A stretch of 64,000 bases of DNA from Candidatus Multivoraceae bacterium (GTDB lineage: Bacteria > Acidobacteriota > Thermoanaerobaculia > Multivoradales > Multivoraceae), in assembly GCA_965223385.1 (NCBI GenBank), contig CBDCWR010000007.1:2498301-2562300 (forward strand), in the 5' to 3' direction. The position numbers and the translations under genes are program-made. Under the pieces are notes generated by a model. It made no database searches. It had not been told where the DNA came from and saw only the letters and a program-made list of their open reading frames with translations. Positions 61,067-64,000 of the stretch are shown here, in pieces (the stretch's first letter is position 1; each line of letters starts with the position of its first letter).

Positions 61067-62542
61067 TCAATCAACGTGGAGCCCGATCCGGGCCGAGAGG
61101 TCGGTGCGCAGGATGCCCTCGGGATCGACCTGGGACCTGAGCCTGCGCAGCGTCGCCAGCGCGTCGTCGCCGATCATGCGGCGGAAGTCCTGCGGCCGCA
61201 GGACCTGGTCCTTCGCGGGATAGAACTTGCCCCCCGCGTCGAGGACGAGGTCGTTGAACTCGTGGCACATCTTCCAGAGCTCGGCGCGATTCGAGGCCGT
61301 GACCGGGTAGTCGAGCGCCATGCTGTAGCCGTCGAGCCCGTGACTCAGCAGGAAGTCGTCGGGCCGGTAGCGCTTCAGCACGCCGAGATAGCTCATGATG
61401 CCGCGCTTGCGCGAGGTGTCGAAGATCTCGCGGAACACGTCGCCAGCGGATTCCGCGGGCACGAACGGCTGGTACTGGATGAAGCCGCCGGGCTGGTAGG
61501 CGTAGCGGAAGCCGGGCATCTGGTCGAGGAGGAAGTGGAAGGCGGCGTGCGGCTGGTAGTAGGTCTTCCCGGAGGCGATCCTCGACGCGACCCACTTGAC
61601 GGTGTTCGTGAGCCAGACGCCGGCGTTGTGCTTGTACAGGATGCCGAGGACGACTGGGACGAGCGGCGCCGGCACGCCAAGCATCGAGCTCGGGAGCTCC
61701 TGCGCGTCGACCGCAAGCGTCGCCCCGCCCTCCGGGTCATTCCCTTCTGCCGTGTAGTCCGCCCAGTGCATCTGGCTGCGGCCCTTGGCCCGGGCGCCGA
61801 TGCAGTCGCACCAGCCGACGTAGTAGTCGTGGTCGGGAGCGTCCTCGAACGACCGGATTGCGCTGGCCAGATCGGGCTCGACCCACTCCTTGACCCAGAG
61901 CCGGCCGCCGTAGACGCGCTCGAGCTGCAGACGGATGCGCGTGAAGCACCCCAGCATTCCGAAGCCGCCAATCGCGGCGTGGAAGAGCTCGGAGTTCTCG
62001 CTGCGTGAGAGCGTCAGGAGCTCTCCTGACGGCGTCACGAGATCGACCTCCTGAATCCAGTCGCCCAGACCGCCCACCTTGTAGTGGTTCTTGCCGTGGA
62101 CGTTCATCGCAGCCGCGGCTCCCAGCGTGGGCCAGCTGGTGCCGGTCGTGACCGGTGGCCACCAGCCGTCCGGCAGGACGTGGCGCCACATCTCGTCGAT
62201 CGACAGGCCGGGCTCGCAGTCGAGGATGCCGTTCTCCGGGTCCCAGGAGAGCACCCGCTTCATGCGCCGCATGTCGAGGAGCAGGTTGCCGGTGTTCATG
62301 GCGGCGTCGCCGTAGCTGCGACCGTGGCCGCGCATGGACACGGGCACTCCCTCTTCCGAGGCGCGGCGGAAGAGCGTGGCCACCTCCTCGGCCGACCGTG
62401 GCTCTGCGAAGGCCGCCTCTCCGCGCAGCGCAGCGCCGAAGCCGTCGAAGACACGGCGCGGAAGCGTGCGCAGCGACGGGCCGGCGGGGGCCGGTTGGGC
62501 CGCAGTCGCGGGCTGGGTGGCGGTGGGGGCGGAGGTGGTCAC
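61067..62542 (-). CDS. DprE1-like FAD-dependent oxidoreductase (decaprenylphosphoryl-beta-D-ribose 2'-oxidase homolog).
   Basis: MRGHGRSYGDAA, VHGKNHY, GGLGDWIQEVDLVTPSGE and LFHAAIGGFGMLG align with M. tuberculosis DprE1 (ARGLGRSYGD, IHGKNHH, GSFGNHVRSMDLLTADGE, LFWATVGGNGLTG). The C-terminus GGKFYPAKD..VDP compares with GGRLYTAKD..VDP. Confidence 0.7.
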   Translation of the reverse strand: MTTSAPTATQPATAAQPAPAGPSLRTLPRRVFDGFGAALRGEAAFAEPRSAEEVATLFRRASEEGVPVSMRGHGRSYGDAAMNTGNLLLDMRRMKRVLSWDPENGILDCEPGLSIDEMWRHVLPDGWWPPVTTGTSWPTLGAAAAMNVHGKNHYKVGGLGDWIQEVDLVTPSGELLTLSRSENSELFHAAIGGFGMLGCFTRIRLQLERVYGGRLWVKEWVEPDLASAIRSFEDAPDHDYYVGWCDCIGARAKGRSQMHWADYTAEGNDPEGGATLAVDAQELPSSMLGVPAPLVPVVLGILYKHNAGVWLTNTVKWVASRIASGKTYYQPHAAFHFLLDQMPGFRYAYQPGGFIQYQPFVPAESAGDVFREIFDTSRKRGIMSYLGVLKRYRPDDFLLSHGLDGYSMALDYPVTASNRAELWKMCHEFNDLVLDAGGKFYPAKDQVLRPQDFRRMIGDDALATLRRLRSQVDPEGILRTDLSARIGLHVD

Positions 62543-62546
62543 GGGG

Positions 62547-63269
62547 TCAGATGTTGGTCTTGCGGAAGATGAACGACGGGACGCAGCGGATGATCGTCAT
62601 GATGGGCCACCAGATGAGCGGCACGTAGCCCGAGCCGGTGCCTCTGCGCGCGAGCTCGAGCACGCCTTCCGCGGCCTGGTCTGCGCTGATCATGAACGGC
62701 ATCTTCATGCCTTCGGTCATGGGAGTCTCCACGGGGCCCGGCTTCACGGTCACCACGTGCACGCCGTAGCGGTGGATGCGATTCCGCAGCGCCTCGAGGT
62801 ACGTGATGAGCCCGCCCTTGCTGGCGGTGTACACGGGGGAGCCCCTTCGGCCGCGGTCGCCAGCGACGCTCGCGATGCCGACGATGGTTCCGGAGCGCTT
62901 CGCCTCCATGTGTGCCGCGGCCAGGTTGAGCCACGCAACGGCGCCCACGAGGTTCACCTCGAGCTGCGCGCGGTCCTTCTCGAAGTTGTACTCGTGCTCT
63001 TCGATCTCGGGCATCACGCCCGCGCTGTAGACGATCAGGTCGATCGCGCCGAGCTCCTCGTGGATGCGGTCGAAGAGCAGCGGTGCCGCGTCGTAGTCCG
63101 TGACGTCGTGCACGTAGGCGGAGATGTTCTCGGACGAAGAGGCGAGCTCGTCGAGCTCGTCCCGGCGGCGCGCGAGGGCGGCCACCTTCGTTCCCTGCCG
63201 GGCGAGCTTTTGGGCAAGAGTCGCGCCGATGCCGCTCGAAGCACCGACCACGATCGCAGTCGACCACAT
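62547..63269 (-). CDS. DprE2-like short-chain dehydrogenase/reductase.
   Basis: SDR Rossmann motif GASSGIG and YxxxK (YTASK). The C-terminal tail ..IRCVPSFIFRKTNI matches DprE2 ..LRHIPRSIFRKLPI. Located 5 bp upstream of the DprE1-like gene. Confidence 0.7.
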   Translation of the reverse strand: MWSTAIVVGASSGIGATLAQKLARQGTKVAALARRRDELDELASSSENISAYVHDVTDYDAAPLLFDRIHEELGAIDLIVYSAGVMPEIEEHEYNFEKDRAQLEVNLVGAVAWLNLAAAHMEAKRSGTIVGIASVAGDRGRRGSPVYTASKGGLITYLEALRNRIHRYGVHVVTVKPGPVETPMTEGMKMPFMISADQAAEGVLELARRGTGSGYVPLIWWPIMTIIRCVPSFIFRKTNI

Positions 63270-63420
63270 GGCCTTGGAAGGCTATCGCGCTTCGGCCCTC
63301 GAGTGTTGCCCAAGGCCCGTTTTTTCAACGAGATAGGGGGTGTGGCTCGAGGCGGATAGCATGCGCGCCCAAACCCCTACCGCGTCGCCCCGAGCGTCGA
63401 GGTGTCTCAAGGAGCGTGTG

Positions 63421-64000
63421 ATGAAGAATCTCTTCGACATTTCAGGGCGAGTCGCGGTCGTGACCGGCGGCTCGCGCGGCATCGGCAAGATGATCGCGCA
63501 GGGCTTCGTGGAGAACGGGGTCAAGACCTACATCTCGTCGCGCAAGAGCGACGTCTGTGACGCCGCTGCAGAGGAGCTGTCTGCGCACGGCGAGTGCATC
63601 TCCGTCCCGATGGACCTGTCGACGGTGGAAGGGTGCGAGGCACTCGCCGAGAAGATCAACGACCTCGAGGACAAGCTCGACATCCTGGTGAACAACGCGG
63701 GTGCCACCTGGGGCGCTCCGATCGACTCGTTCCCGGAGCAGGGCTGGGACAAGGTGATGGACATCAACCTCAAGGGCCCGTTTTTCCTCACGCAGCGGCT
63801 CCTGCCTCTACTGCGCGCGGCGGCCACGTACGACGAGCCGGCGCGTGTGATCAACATCGCGTCGATCGACGGCTACAAGAACAACGCCATCGAGACGTAC
63901 TCGTATGCGGCGAGCAAGGCCGGCATGGTGCACCTCACCCGGCACATGGCGCGAAACCTCGCGCCCGACAACATCCTCGTGAACGCAATTGCTCCAGGGC
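63421..64000 (+). CDS. SDR-family oxidoreductase (FabG-like), 3' partial at the window end.
   Basis: RBS AAGGAG. VAVVTGGSRGIG Rossmann motif, NNAG, and YSYAASKAG catalytic motif. Confidence 0.8.
   Translation, partial: MKNLFDISGRVAVVTGGSRGIGKMIAQGFVENGVKTYISSRKSDVCDAAAEELSAHGECISVPMDLSTVEGCEALAEKINDLEDKLDILVNNAGATWGAPIDSFPEQGWDKVMDINLKGPFFLTQRLLPLLRAAATYDEPARVINIASIDGYKNNAIETYSYAASKAGMVHLTRHMARNLAPDNILVNAIAPG

Overview
This is a high-GC (~70%) bacterial chromosomal segment. The gene content (ADOP-type duplicated FtsX permease, Ser/Thr kinase, ECF sigma factor, PQQ beta-propellers, tail-fiber-domain proteins, hybrid TPR histidine kinase) fits Myxococcota or a similar lineage, at low confidence. 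I call about 48 protein-coding genes and 2 gene remnants. No rRNA, tRNA, CRISPR array, transposase or integrase was recognisable. Family assignments come from motif recognition only; no database search was possible. Many long Arg/Gly/Pro-rich antisense ORFs in the track are high-GC artefacts and were ignored. Within-line nucleotide coordinates for hairpins and repeats may be off by 1-2 nt.

The content is mostly housekeeping or accessory metabolism:
- asd, a class I fumarate hydratase, an amidase, a nitronate monooxygenase (NMO), a GDPD, a nitroreductase and an SSF symporter;
- a locus dense in secreted hydrolases: a TolB-propeller/amidohydrolase fusion, two PQQ propellers (one fused to an esterase), two type-B carboxylesterases, an S41 peptidase, an HExxH metalloprotease, an alpha/beta hydrolase, and a TonB-dependent receptor with an NHL-repeat lipoprotein;
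- regulators: AraC, PadR with a HAAS/RDD membrane partner, an ECF sigma with a C-terminal extension, and a hybrid histidine kinase.

The observations most worth a second look are:
1. a translationally coupled flotillin (SPFH) gene plus a 1926-aa coiled-coil AAA+ (AAA_5-like) giant protein, of unknown function;
2. a 281-bp imperfect palindromic element between convergent asd and symporter genes, with both stop codons inside its terminal CTAG;
3. a DprE1/DprE2-like FAD-oxidase/SDR pair, which suggests a polyprenyl-phospho-arabinose-type sugar donor pathway;
4. a ~97-bp repeat family (two tandem copies plus a degenerate third) flanking the NMO gene and a beta-lactamase-fold gene fragment, with a hairpin carrying compensatory substitutions;
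5. three apparent frameshifts, in a tail-fiber/S74 protein, in the metalloprotease (at a G7 run) and in fumarase. Sequencing indels are more likely than decay, at least for fumarase.
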